Source: Schmidtea nova (taxonomy: Eukaryota). Taken from it: a stretch of DNA of 64,000 nucleotides. The stretch spans positions 449,376,001 through 449,440,000 of the forward strand of contig CM097882.1 in the NCBI GenBank assembly GCA_044892505.1. Reading direction: 5' to 3'. The position numbers and the translations under genes were made by a program. Positions 41,904 to 52,439 of this stretch are shown here, piece by piece; the stretch's first letter is position 1, and each line of letters begins with the position of its first letter. A model generated the notes under the pieces. It was given only the letters and a program-made list of their open reading frames with translations. It did no database searches and had not been told where the DNA came from.

Positions 41904-43132
41904 AGTAGGGGATAGTGAGGACACGGGGCCAAGCCATTTATCCCTAAACTGTATATATTACGTAATAATTATACAGTTGCCTACCCCCACCCCCCACCCC
42001 CACCCCCCCAAAATTACGTAATATTATATATTATTACGTAACTATTACGTAATCATTACGTAATTATTACGTCATTATTACGTAACTATTATGTAACTAT
42101 TACGTAATTATTGTGTAATGATTACGTCATTATTACGTCATTATTACGTAATTATTTACAAAAAATATAAATTCTTACATAATACGAAATCCCTTACGCA
42201 ATTGATGATGTAATACTGTAATTTAATAATATTTATTTATTTTTTCATAATTTTTACAAAAAATATAAAATAAATTAATTTTTTCAAATTTTTACCCAAA
42301 AATTTCAAAAATGCTCGGATTTAAATAATTTTTATACCAATCTACTGGGAATTCAATGGCGAACAAAAAAGGGTCAAAAAGTAAAAACATGAAAAATTGG
42401 TCTTCTATGGTAAATTTAACATGAAAAAACCTTACTTGGTTAAAAATGGTTAAAATTCAAGATCTTTTACATATAAATAACCAGAATTTAACGCTCAACA
42501 ATAAAAAGTAATATTAACTAGAAAAACAACAAAAAACACAAAGTATTTAAAAATAAAACTTTATTTAAATAAATCTTCAGGCAAATTGTTCATCAGCAGC
42601 ATCTTCACGCACACCCATAACCACATCAATTCCCTTATAATGTCCATAAGCCAGACTAACATTTTTTCCCACCCAAAGTCTTTTGTCGTCAAGATTAGTC
42701 AAGGCAATCTTAGAAGATTTATTAGTAAAGAGTTGATGATTCTTACTAACTATTCTCGACTGATCAACAGAAACTATTGAATTATTATTATAACAATCCA
42801 GATACGACTGATGATTCAGTTTAGTATCCTTCAATGTTATACCCTTAGCCTTAATGCACTCTTCATCACCTAAAAGACTGTAACACTTTGGCCTAAGGAA
42901 TACCCACTCATCATACTTGAATCCTTTATTCTCGTCTTTGAATTTACCAATGACGGAATCTAGGTTCCTACTGTATAATGGGTGATTCGGATCATAATTA
43001 GAAGTGTCAAGTAAGTTATCTCTTATCATGGCCGGTAAAAGAATATCAAGCTTACAATTTCTAATCTCAAGAAAAAATGAATCGGTGTCACCAGCAACGA
43101 TGTTAATTTCGCAGTTGAATTCGTTACGATAT
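41904..43132 (-). repeat. Left TIR, about 1229 bp, including an inverted copy of the polB 3' end
   Basis: Reverse complement of 56001-57298; differs in the number of TTACGT repeats and C-runs and by a few substitutions. Confidence 0.92.
42577..43132 (-). pseudogene. Inverted duplicate of the last about 184 codons of pPolB
   Basis: ORF 42577-43029 translates identically to the C-terminus of 55396-56556; identity continues through the GDTDS motif to 43132. Confidence 0.9.
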
Positions 43133-43192
43133 AAAAAACAATAAAAAACACAATTTTTAAAATTAATCTTTATTTAAATAAATCTTCAGCAA

Positions 43193-43574
43193 TTAATTTG
43201 TATTGTAAAGGTCATCATAGTATGCCTTTCTCATTTCAGCAACCAAGATATGCACAGATTGTTGTCTTTTGAAATCGTGGCAACAAGCACATCCATTGGT
43301 GCATGAAACACGCATTGATTCCTTACAAACAATACAATTTTCAACGCACTTGACTCCAGCTCCTAGCACCATATCATAGTGCATTTCAAGCAACTCCTCG
43401 ATATTGATCCCTGTATATTGGTATATTTTATGTACCAACAACTCGGGGGCGCAATAATCGAGATTATTTTTAATCTTTGGATATAAATCTTGGATCTTCT
43501 TGAGAAGTACTTCGAGCAAATAAACTAAAAGAATAAATAAAAATAAAAATAAAAATACTCTTACTTTTTGACAT
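43193..43574 (-). CDS. Small Cys-rich Polinton protein, 2 exons (43565-43574, 43193-43524)
   Basis: ATG TCA AAA A|GTAAGA..TTTTAG|TT TAT TTG (40-nt intron) supplies a real ATG, in frame, to a TTG-started ORF; CxxCxxC..CxxxCxCC cluster. Confidence 0.6.
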
Positions 43575-43624
43575 TTTCAAATTTTAACAATCAATGAGTA
43601 ACAATTAATTCAAACAAAATTTAT

Positions 43625-44059
43625 TTAATTAATTAATGTATTTATTTCATTAATTATATTTTCCACATAATTTTTAAAATCTAAAGTTTTAATTCCAAGC
43701 ATAACTACTTTTCCGCTGCCAAAGACATTGACACATACTGGATCAAATTTCTGTAGACGTAATGCTGGGAATATTTCTGGTTCGAACCAACAACGACATT
43801 TCTTTTGTAATTCATATAAATTAATAAATTTGCCGACATCGACCGTTACAGTAATTGATTGAATCTCTAAATTTTTAATCTTGAATTTCAAATCCCCCGG
43901 CTTTAACGGTTGTTTGCATCCCATTACCCGACACTTGCCAGATTTGAAGAAGATGATGGGGTACTTGCCGCTTCTGTCAACAACTTGTTTCGGTTTGCCA
44001 CTCGGGAATATCATGCCGGGAACTAAACATTTACCTTTATAATTGATGTTGCTCAACAT
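43625..44059 (-). CDS. TATA-binding protein (TBP)-like, 144 aa
   Basis: IIFFKSGKCRVMGCK resembles TBP repeat 1 (ALIFSSGKMVCTGAK). IQSITVTVDV..FEPEIFPAL..VNVFGSGKVVMLGIK resembles repeat 2 (IQNMVGSCDV..YEPELFPGL..LIFVSGKVVLTGAK). Confidence 0.85.
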   Translation of the reverse strand: MLSNINYKGKCLVPGMIFPSGKPKQVVDRSGKYPIIFFKSGKCRVMGCKQPLKPGDLKFKIKNLEIQSITVTVDVGKFINLYELQKKCRCWFEPEIFPALRLQKFDPVCVNVFGSGKVVMLGIKTLDFKNYVENIINEINTLIN

Positions 44060-44114
44060 TTTTGATTAATTAAACAAATATAAACAATATTAATTAATTA
44101 ATTAATTAATTAAA

Positions 44115-44738
44115 ATGGAATTAAGAAATGATGCCGTATATCAAATAGTAGGACCCAGCGGGAGTGGGAAAACCTTGTTTGTATGTAAATTATTACAATC
44201 AAAAATGTTTAAATCGCAATTCAATAAAATTTATTGGCATCGGGGTGCTGATGAAGAACATGGATTGACTCAAGATCAGTTTTGTAAATTAAAAATGACT
44301 ATTATAAAAGGTTTTGACAAAAATTGGTCATCTAGATTACAACATGGTGATGTTATAATTATCGATGACTTGTATCAGGAAGCCAATAAAGAAAAAGATT
44401 TCAACAATTTATTTACAAAAATTAGTAGACACTTGGGTGTTACAGTTATTTTCATTACTCAAAATTTATTCCATCAAGGTGGTAGTCATAGAACCCGGAA
44501 TTTAAATGTACAATATTTGGTTATATTCAAAAACCCCCGAGATGCAACAATTATTGATTTTCTTGCAAGACAAGCATACCCTAATGATAGAAAATTTTTA
44601 CTTGATTCATTTCAAGATGCAACTAAAATTCCTCATGGATATCTGTTTTTCGACTTTACACAACAATGTCCTGATGATTTACGTATAAGAACTGATCTTT
44701 TCAATGAAAAAGGTATAACAGTTTATAAACAAAATTGA
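44115..44738 (+). CDS. A32/FtsK-like packaging ATPase
   Basis: GPSGSGKT Walker A, VIIIDD Walker B, SRHLGVTVIFITQN. Confidence 0.93.
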   Translation: MELRNDAVYQIVGPSGSGKTLFVCKLLQSKMFKSQFNKIYWHRGADEEHGLTQDQFCKLKMTIIKGFDKNWSSRLQHGDVIIIDDLYQEANKEKDFNNLFTKISRHLGVTVIFITQNLFHQGGSHRTRNLNVQYLVIFKNPRDATIIDFLARQAYPNDRKFLLDSFQDATKIPHGYLFFDFTQQCPDDLRIRTDLFNEKGITVYKQN

Positions 44739-44761
44739 AATCGTAAAATTAATTAATTAAA

Positions 44762-44926
44762 ATGTCATTCAAAAAAGTCGTTGTTCGACCCGTTATTGGA
44801 AAATCCGATAAACAACAAAACTTAAAGGTAAAGAAGATGTCATTAAAGAAGACATCATTAAAGAAGATATCATTGAAAAAGAAGTCAAAAATCAAGAAAT
44901 CAAAGAAGAAATGGATTAAATTATAA
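44762..44926 (+). CDS. 54-aa Lys-rich putative DNA-condensing core protein (absent from the ORF track)
   Basis: MSFKKVVVRPVIGKSDKQQNLKVKKMSLKKTSLKKISLKKKSKIKKSKKKWIKL; preceded by the same AATTAATTAAAATG context as the ATPase. Confidence 0.6.
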   Translation: MSFKKVVVRPVIGKSDKQQNLKVKKMSLKKTSLKKISLKKKSKIKKSKKKWIKL

Positions 44927-44938
44927 ACAAAACAAATT

Positions 44939-45286
44939 GTGAAAAATCTGCTAATAATGAAAATTGAACGCAGTTTACCATATTTTAATGCCTTGATAAA
45001 GGCTCCAATTAATAAACGTATGATAATCTTACAGGCTTTTCCCCCATTTGTTATTGATGATTTGCTTGAGGTTATTGTTAATGTAATTCGTGGTAATGTA
45101 AATATTAGTAAAGCCAAAAGATTACGGCTACAAAAACATAAAAGATCACTTTTATCACTAGTCAACACTAAAAATCGTAATCTTATGCGTAAGATAATTT
45201 ATAAACAAAATGGTGGTTTCCTAGGTACATTAATTCCAATAGTATTATCAGCTATAAGTGCAATTTCATCATTAAATGGGAACTAA
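44939..45286 (+). CDS. Polinton core protein with adenain-type cleavage site
   Basis: C-terminal KQNGG|FLGTLIPIVLSAI resembles adenoviral pX GG|FLPALIPII. Confidence 0.7.
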   Translation: MKNLLIMKIERSLPYFNALIKAPINKRMIILQAFPPFVIDDLLEVIVNVIRGNVNISKAKRLRLQKHKRSLLSLVNTKNRNLMRKIIYKQNGGFLGTLIPIVLSAISAISSLNGN

Positions 45287-45345
45287 AAATTCAATACCCG
45301 ATAAACATAATTTAGACTTGAATATATTAACATCTTGTTGTAACA

Positions 45346-46454
45346 ATGAAGGAAATATTAACCAAAAAGAAGGTATCCAAAAATCAATTAAAAAAGATTT
45401 GGACAAACCCAAAAGATCCCGATGGGTTTGCTGGGGTAAACAAAATTTCAAAAAGAGTAAATAATTCAAAGAAAGATACCCAAAAATGGTTATCTGATCA
45501 ATTAGCATATAGTTTAAATAAACCAATGTTGAAAAGATTTCCTACACGAAGTTACAAAACAATTGGTGTTGATGATTTGTGGCAAATGGATTTAATGGAA
45601 ATGATACCTTTTTCAAAAATAAATAATGGATACAAGTATATTTTGACTTGTATTGATGTGTTTAGTCGCTATGCACGTGCAGTTCCAACAAAAACTAAAT
45701 CTGCAAATGAAATGGCTGAAGCTATAAAAACTTTATTTGCAGATGGGCAACCTCGAAATTTACAAACTGATTTGGGTAAGATTTTAATTTAATTTAATTT
45801 AATTTAAATTTTATTCTAGGTAAAGAATTTTATAATAGTAAAGTTAAAGAAATTATCAAGGGTATTAATCATTACTCTGTATTTTCACAATTCAAGGCAG
45901 CTGTTGTTGAAAGATTCAATCGAACTCTGAGAGATAAATTGAAAAAATACTTTGTTTTTCAAGGAAATAAAACTTGGATAAATGTTTTGCCTAAATTGAT
46001 TTATAGTTATAATTATTCTCCCCATAAAGGAATACAAGGAAAGCGACCCATTGATGTTTATTCTACAAATAATATGGATAGTTGGTTATCTGAACAAAGA
46101 AAATCAATAAAGAAAAAGCCAAAATACAGGGTCGGTGATCATGTTAGAATCAGTAAAATCAATGGATCCCCCTTTATCAAGAATTTTGACAATAATTGGA
46201 GCGATGAAGTTTATCAAATCTCGAAAATCAATACAAATCAGAACCCGGTCATGTACTTTATTACCGATTCTGAAAATAATGAAATCAGTGGAAAATTTTA
46301 TGAACAAGAGTTACAAGTCATTCCAGCCCCATCAGTATTCAGAATTCAAAAGATTTTAAAAACCAGATTGGTTGGCAAATATAAACAATATTATGTTCAA
46401 TGGCATGGGTATGAAAAACCCACTTGGATATCTGAAAACCAATTGATTAAATAA
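45346..46454 (+). CDS. int: Retroviral-like (c-int) integrase, 2 exons (45346-45775, 45820-46454)
   Basis: WQMDL, IDVFSRY, AVVERFNRTL; a 44-nt GTAAG..CTAG intron rejoins QTDLG|KEF in frame; chromo-like C-terminus (YYVQWHGY). Confidence 0.9.
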
Positions 46455-46459
46455 ATATT

Positions 46460-47497
46460 ATGAAAGAAAACCAGTTTTATATGATTTTGCCTAGCAATGC
46501 ATGTCCTCTTATTTATCCTAATAATGAAGCTAGTAATTTTAATGTAGAATTTCAAAATCCGATTTATTTAAATAGTAATGATGATTGGGAAGTTGCTTTG
46601 ATTGATTTTACTTTTGTGTATAATTTGTTCCCGTATTATAGTAATTCTTTTATTCAAATTGAAACTAAAAGAGAAATTCAAGAAATTAGTTATTTGAGAA
46701 TCAATAATCAAAATAAAACATTCCAAGTTATAGTTTCTCAACCTAGTTCAGACACTGATGTATTTATTGAAAAATATGAATATTTGGTGTTTGTTTGCCC
46801 ACATGTTCCATTTAAAATTACATTTCCAGATCTTGAACATGCAAAAAGTTTTGGATTGGAAAATGCAACAATTACAAGTGAAAATGATCATTATCGCTTA
46901 AAATTACCAAAATTCACTAATGATAATAGTGTTGAACAATTTGGAATTTTATTAAATTATGACATTAAAACTGTTAATGATCATTATTTTCAAGAAGAAT
47001 TATTCATAACATCATTACCAGAACTGCAAGGATATTTAATGAAAATTAATCCATCTCCATTTAAAGAAATGAAACTTGTCAATAATGAATTGGTTAAAAT
47101 TATTCTTCAGGATAATATTTCAAAAATTACTTTTGATTCAAATTTAACCAAATCTCTGGGTCTACAGAAACAAACATATAATGATACAGAAATAATCGGT
47201 GTAAAAATCCCCAAAATTTTACAACTTCATCAGCAAATGTTCATTTACAGCAACATTATCGAACCAGTAACTGTTGGAGATGTACGAGTTCCCCTCCTAA
47301 AATCAATTTGGATCAAGAAATATGACCAAGGTGAAGTTGTACAAATTGAAATAAAGAATCCAATGTATTTGCCGATTTCAACATCAACTATAAACAACAT
47401 TGAAATCAATATTCGTGATGACAGTGGAAAATTAATTAAATTTTCAAAAGATACAAAGACTCATTTGACTCTACATTTTCGTAAAATAAATGATTAA
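46460..47497 (+). CDS. Minor capsid (penton) protein 1
   Basis: FYMILPSN..NF..PIYL..WEVAL N-terminus; FIYSNII..VGD..PLL..P.YLP..I.I.IRD..G C-terminus. Confidence 0.8.
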   Translation: MKENQFYMILPSNACPLIYPNNEASNFNVEFQNPIYLNSNDDWEVALIDFTFVYNLFPYYSNSFIQIETKREIQEISYLRINNQNKTFQVIVSQPSSDTDVFIEKYEYLVFVCPHVPFKITFPDLEHAKSFGLENATITSENDHYRLKLPKFTNDNSVEQFGILLNYDIKTVNDHYFQEELFITSLPELQGYLMKINPSPFKEMKLVNNELVKIILQDNISKITFDSNLTKSLGLQKQTYNDTEIIGVKIPKILQLHQQMFIYSNIIEPVTVGDVRVPLLKSIWIKKYDQGEVVQIEIKNPMYLPISTSTINNIEINIRDDSGKLIKFSKDTKTHLTLHFRKIND

Positions 47498-48512
47498 AAA
47501 GGATTTTTATGTAAATTTACCAAGCAATTCTTGCCCATTGACACATCCTAATAATAAAGCTGGAAAATTCAATGTTGAATATCAAAACCCGATTTATTTG
47601 GATGGTAGTTGGGAAGTTGCTCTTATGGATTTTACTTTTGTGTACAATGAATTTCCGTTTTATAATAGTTCAAGTATAAAATTTACTAGAAGTGAATTAC
47701 ATTCTAGTTATGAATATTTCAATTTTAACCAACAAAAGAATGAATATGATATTAGTCACGATTCCAACTATTATTTGATGTATATTGATGGCAATATTTT
47801 AAATGTTAATTGTAAATATTTTCCATTTCAAATAATATTTGATAATGTTGAAGAAGCTAGAAAATTAGGGTTTCAAGAAAAAGCTGTGACATTTAATGAT
47901 GAATTAAACAAAATTGAAATTCCTGCAAATGAAAATAAAAAACTTGATGATACTATACGATTTACTATAACTTATACTTTTCCTGTTGAATATACAGATA
48001 ATTTCAAAGACGATTTAATAATAAATAATCTTACTGAATTATCTGATCAAATTGAAACTTTTTATCCACATCCATTTAAAGTGATTGATATTAAAGAAGG
48101 AAAATTAATTAAATTAATTCTTGAAGATGATATAACTAGTGTAAAATTTAGTTGGAATTTAGCAAATTCGTTAGGATTAGTTGAACAAGAATTCTTTGAC
48201 AAAATTATTGATGGTGTATATTACCCACAAGTTTTAAAACTTCATCAACAAATGTTCATCTATACGAATATTATTCAACCAATTCTTGTTGGTGACATGT
48301 CAGTTCCCTTATTGAAATGTGTTTGGGTTGAAAAACATAAAAAGGGTGATTTGGTTCAAATTGTTGAGAAAAATCCAATGTATTTACCGGTCAGTTCCAC
48401 ATATATAAACAATATAGAAATCAATATTCGTGATGACAGTGGAAAAATAGTTAAATTTGCAAAACAAGACAAGACTTACTTGACATTACATTTCCGTAAA
48501 ATAAATGAATAA
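47490..48512 (+). CDS. Minor capsid (penton) protein 2, tandem paralogue
   Basis: Same terminal motifs as 46460-47497 with a divergent centre. Confidence 0.8.
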   Translation: MIKKDFYVNLPSNSCPLTHPNNKAGKFNVEYQNPIYLDGSWEVALMDFTFVYNEFPFYNSSSIKFTRSELHSSYEYFNFNQQKNEYDISHDSNYYLMYIDGNILNVNCKYFPFQIIFDNVEEARKLGFQEKAVTFNDELNKIEIPANENKKLDDTIRFTITYTFPVEYTDNFKDDLIINNLTELSDQIETFYPHPFKVIDIKEGKLIKLILEDDITSVKFSWNLANSLGLVEQEFFDKIIDGVYYPQVLKLHQQMFIYTNIIQPILVGDMSVPLLKCVWVEKHKKGDLVQIVEKNPMYLPVSSTYINNIEINIRDDSGKIVKFAKQDKTYLTLHFRKINE

Positions 48513-48912
48513 TCCAGATATTATCAGTTTCTATAGCAACAGTCAATCAGGTGGAGAATTACCGTATTTTGTAGGTAAGCAATATGGAACTGGTTGGTTA
48601 AAAACGATAGGTAGATTTGCATTACCAATTCTTAGACGTATTGGAAATTTCGGTATGAAAACTGCCAATGACGTGTTAAATAATAATTCAAAGATTTTAC
48701 CTGCACTAAAGTCCAATGCCATTTCTGAAATTAAAGATTCATTACCCGACGTGATTCATCATTTGCCACAAGTAATTAATAAAGTGACTGATGTGTTTAA
48801 CGAAAATAAAACTGAAAATAAACAAAATGGCGGAATTCTTAAACGTAAAAGAAATATGAAGAAACATATAAACAAAAGAATGAAAGGATATGGAACAATA
48901 TTTGAAAAATGA
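48505..48912 (+). CDS. Polinton PZ-like core protein with amphipathic helix and xGG sites
   Basis: QSGG|ELPYFVGKQYGTG|WLKTIGRFALPILRRI; QNGG near the basic C-terminus. Confidence 0.7.
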   Translation: MNNPDIISFYSNSQSGGELPYFVGKQYGTGWLKTIGRFALPILRRIGNFGMKTANDVLNNNSKILPALKSNAISEIKDSLPDVIHHLPQVINKVTDVFNENKTENKQNGGILKRKRNMKKHINKRMKGYGTIFEK

Positions 48913-50135
48913 TTAGTGAAAAATCTGAATTATGTCTTTTTGACAGACCATCTCCACAAGCAGTGATTGAACATGGTGCATTTGAAGATATTTACCCAAC
49001 AAATTCAATTACAGATGCTGGAACATCATCTATTCAATTTTACATCAACGGATCTCAAACTGAATATTTAGATTTGAACGATACTTTATTATCTCTTCAG
49101 ATCAAAGTTGTAAACAAATCGGGTGAAAATTTAGGATTGGATGCTGATGTTACTCCCAACAATTTCTTTTTCCAAACTCTTTTTAAAGAAGCCGAATTAA
49201 TTTTCAATTCTACTAAAGTTGAAGGAGGAAATGATACATTTACACACAAAGCCATGATTGAAACTATTCTCAACTACAATAATGATACAAAACACACATC
49301 TTTAACTCCAATGGGATACAATGAACATGATCTTACTAGAAAAACATGGATTGCAAAATCAAAACCATTTTCAATTTGTTCTCCATTACATTTCGATTTC
49401 ATGGAACAACCCAAGTACTTATTACCAGGTGTAAGTGTTCAAATTAAATTGACGAGATCAAACCCAGCCAATAGTTTAACATGTACAAAAATTGAACCTA
49501 TAATTGAATTATTAGAGGCAAAATTAATGGTTAGAAGAGTTCGAGTTGAACCATCAGTTTTGGCTGGGCATCAAATTGGACTTGGTACAAGAAATGCAAT
49601 TTATCCAATAAAAAATAAGGAAGTCGTAGAATTTTCATTGCCAATGGGATCTTCGTCATTTTATAAAGAACAAATCTTTGGTGATAGACGATTACCAAAC
49701 TTTATTCTTGTAGCATTTCAAGGTAATAAAAGACACGGTGGTTCCTTTACTGAAACCTATTCTATTTACGATCATTTTAATGTCAAATCATTAACTTTAT
49801 CGAAAGGAAGTGATTATCGTGAAAAATATTCTCAAGATTTTGAAAATGATAATTGCAGTACTAGTTATATGCAATCTATTATCCGTAACCTTGGTTACCT
49901 AAATAAGAGTATGAATTGTGGTATTTCATTAGCAGATTGGAAAACCAAATATCCTTTTTTCACCTTCGTTTTGGCTCCAGATTTTGATCTAAATCAAAGT
50001 CAATTACCACAACAGGGTAATTTAAGACTTGATATTAAATTTGGTACACCATTGACTGAATCAGTTTCTGTAATTGTATATGGAGTTTTTGAAAAGGAAT
50101 TACAAATTACAGCTAATCGAACAATACTGGTTTGA
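48909..50135 (+). CDS. Major capsid protein (double jelly-roll, PY)
   Basis: KSELCLFDRPSPQ..YLDLNDTLL N-terminal signature; size and position next to the protease. Confidence 0.85.
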   Translation: MISEKSELCLFDRPSPQAVIEHGAFEDIYPTNSITDAGTSSIQFYINGSQTEYLDLNDTLLSLQIKVVNKSGENLGLDADVTPNNFFFQTLFKEAELIFNSTKVEGGNDTFTHKAMIETILNYNNDTKHTSLTPMGYNEHDLTRKTWIAKSKPFSICSPLHFDFMEQPKYLLPGVSVQIKLTRSNPANSLTCTKIEPIIELLEAKLMVRRVRVEPSVLAGHQIGLGTRNAIYPIKNKEVVEFSLPMGSSSFYKEQIFGDRRLPNFILVAFQGNKRHGGSFTETYSIYDHFNVKSLTLSKGSDYREKYSQDFENDNCSTSYMQSIIRNLGYLNKSMNCGISLADWKTKYPFFTFVLAPDFDLNQSQLPQQGNLRLDIKFGTPLTESVSVIVYGVFEKELQITANRTILV

Positions 50136-50165
50136 GCAGAGCTCAAACATTACTGGTTTGATTAA

Positions 50166-50586
50166 ATGGTTATAAACTAATTTGACAAAAATTTATCATC
50201 AAATGAAGTAAGATTTTAATTTTATTTAAATTTTTATTTTTATTAGTTCTATTCAGATTGAATATATTGCTAGAAAATTATTGGGATCGGAATTTCTTGG
50301 TGTTTTTCCGTTGGATAAAATTCCATATATTGATGTAAACAAAGCTTTGATTGTCAATACTCAATCATCAAACCTTAATGGTGAACATTGGATTGCAGTT
50401 TATGTAAAACCCGATAAAATACACGTGTTTGATCCAATGGGATTTTATTATCCGCCGCTATTGATTAAAAAACTATCGTCAATGATGATGCCAATTGAAT
50501 ATAACAGAATCCGATACCAGAATCCAATGACAAAAACATGTGGTCAGCACTGTATAGCGTGGTTAATAAAAATGTTTAATAAATAA
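50166..50586 (+). CDS. Adenain-family cysteine protease; 49-nt intron (50208-50256) and in-frame TAA at 50178
   Basis: GEHWIAV, VFDPMG, YQN..TCGQHC catalytic motifs; spliced 5' part reads MVIN*FDKNLSSNE|IEYIARKLLG. Confidence 0.8.
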
Positions 50587-51904
50587 ATATTTGTATTGAA
50601 AATTTGTATTATTTTAAATTCATAATTTTAATTAAATTAGTTTTGTTTAATATTTTACGTTGCGGTAATCTAATTCGTGTGCTTGTGTGTGTATCCATGG
50701 AAATTTTGGTGTGTTGTGTATCATGTAATAATTAAGTATATAAACGAGAAAAAATCATTTTAAAATCACTTTTTACTTGATCCCAACTTTGGTAAGTTAA
50801 TTTTTGTTAAAAATCTTTTGAATTAATTTTTATTATTTTTAGAATTTTGCGATATCGAATTTAAAAAATTATGAATTTTAACGAAGAAAATATGAATTTT
50901 AATGAAAAAAGCAATTATTTTGTAAATATCCTAAAGAAAAATGTCAAATGTAAGTATTGTTACAATTGTATTTAATATATTATCATTCTAAAATTAAATT
51001 CAAATTAATTGAATATTAGTTAATTTGAATTTAAATTTAGAAAGTTATATAATTATTAATTTTTAATGTTAATTTAATATTTAATGATAATATTTTCTGA
51101 TTTTAATATTTATTGATTTTAATATTTATTGATAATAATATTTACTAATGTTTATTAACTTTTATTTTTTAATGATAGTTGTTATATTTTATTATTTTAA
51201 TGTTAATTTAAATTATTTGAATATTTAAATAATAAACTATTTGAATTATTTAAATATCTATTTAATTTGAATTAATAATGATTTTTGGAAATTTTCTGAT
51301 AATATTTACTGATTTTAATTTTTATTGATTTTAATATTTATTGATAATAATTTTTACTAATGTTTATTAACTTTTATTATTTAATGATAGTTGTTATCTT
51401 TTATTATTTTAATGTTAATTTAAATTATTTGAATATTTAAATAATAAACTATTTGAATTATTTAAATATCTATTTAATTTGAATTAATAATGAATTTTGG
51501 AAATTTAAAGATATTTTAATAGATTTTATTTATTTGATTATTTAATTTGAATTTATATGCAAAATCAAGCAAAATGAATTTTGGATAATATAAAAGATAT
51601 GTTAATTAATTATTTAAATAATACATTAGTTTAATTATTTAAATATTTATTTAATTTGAATATTAATTTTATATGCAAAACTAATTATTTAAACAAAATG
51701 AATTTTGGATAATATAAAAGATATGTTAATTAATTTTAATTATTTAAATATTACATTAGTTTAATTATTTAAATATTTATTTAATTTGAATATTAATTTT
51801 ATATGCAAAATTAAATATTTTAACATTTAAATAAAAAACTAATCTATTTTATAATAGTTGTAAGCTAAATATTTGAATAAAAGACAAGATTTGAAAATTA
51901 AAGT

Positions 51905-52439
51905 TTATTCATATAAAATAGATTCTATTATCTTCCAAACTGGTCTGACTGTATTGTTTGTTTCTTTAAAACCTTGTATTATTATCTTGATTTGAAACAT
52001 TGAATTTTCTTCATGATTTTCAAAATTACAATCTTTATTAATATTCATGAAAGTAAAATTTTCATTAAATCGCATTTCTTTATTGATTGCTAGTAAAATT
52101 TCACTTATATTTTGTCTATCGATATCTCCAATCTTTCCAACTTGAATGTTGTATAACGATTGTTTCAATGTAACTGGTTCCTATAAATAAAATAATAATT
52201 GTTTTTTAATAAATTAATTAATTACCTTAAATGAATATGTTATTGGGAATTTTAAATATTCCATCGAATATTGAAGAAATTGCACTGCAGGATTTCTGAT
52301 CAAATTAGCTGCCGAAATAGAATTTTCTTCAAGAATAATTTTCATAACTTCTTGTTTGGTCATCTTTTTCGATCCTAAAATAAAAAAATTAAAAAATATT
52401 CATTTTTAAATAATAAAACTAACTTTTAAGTTGAAACAT
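51905..52439 (-). CDS. Three-exon orphan gene, 146 aa (52424-52439, 52226-52374, 51905-52180)
   Basis: Two GT-AG introns (49 and 45 nt) with matching phases give an open ATG-to-stop frame MFQLKRSKKMTKQEV...IESILYE. Confidence 0.65.

Noticed and set aside
44749-45168. Minus-strand 139-aa ORF in the Polinton
   Set aside because: Antisense shadow of two better-supported plus-strand core-protein genes.
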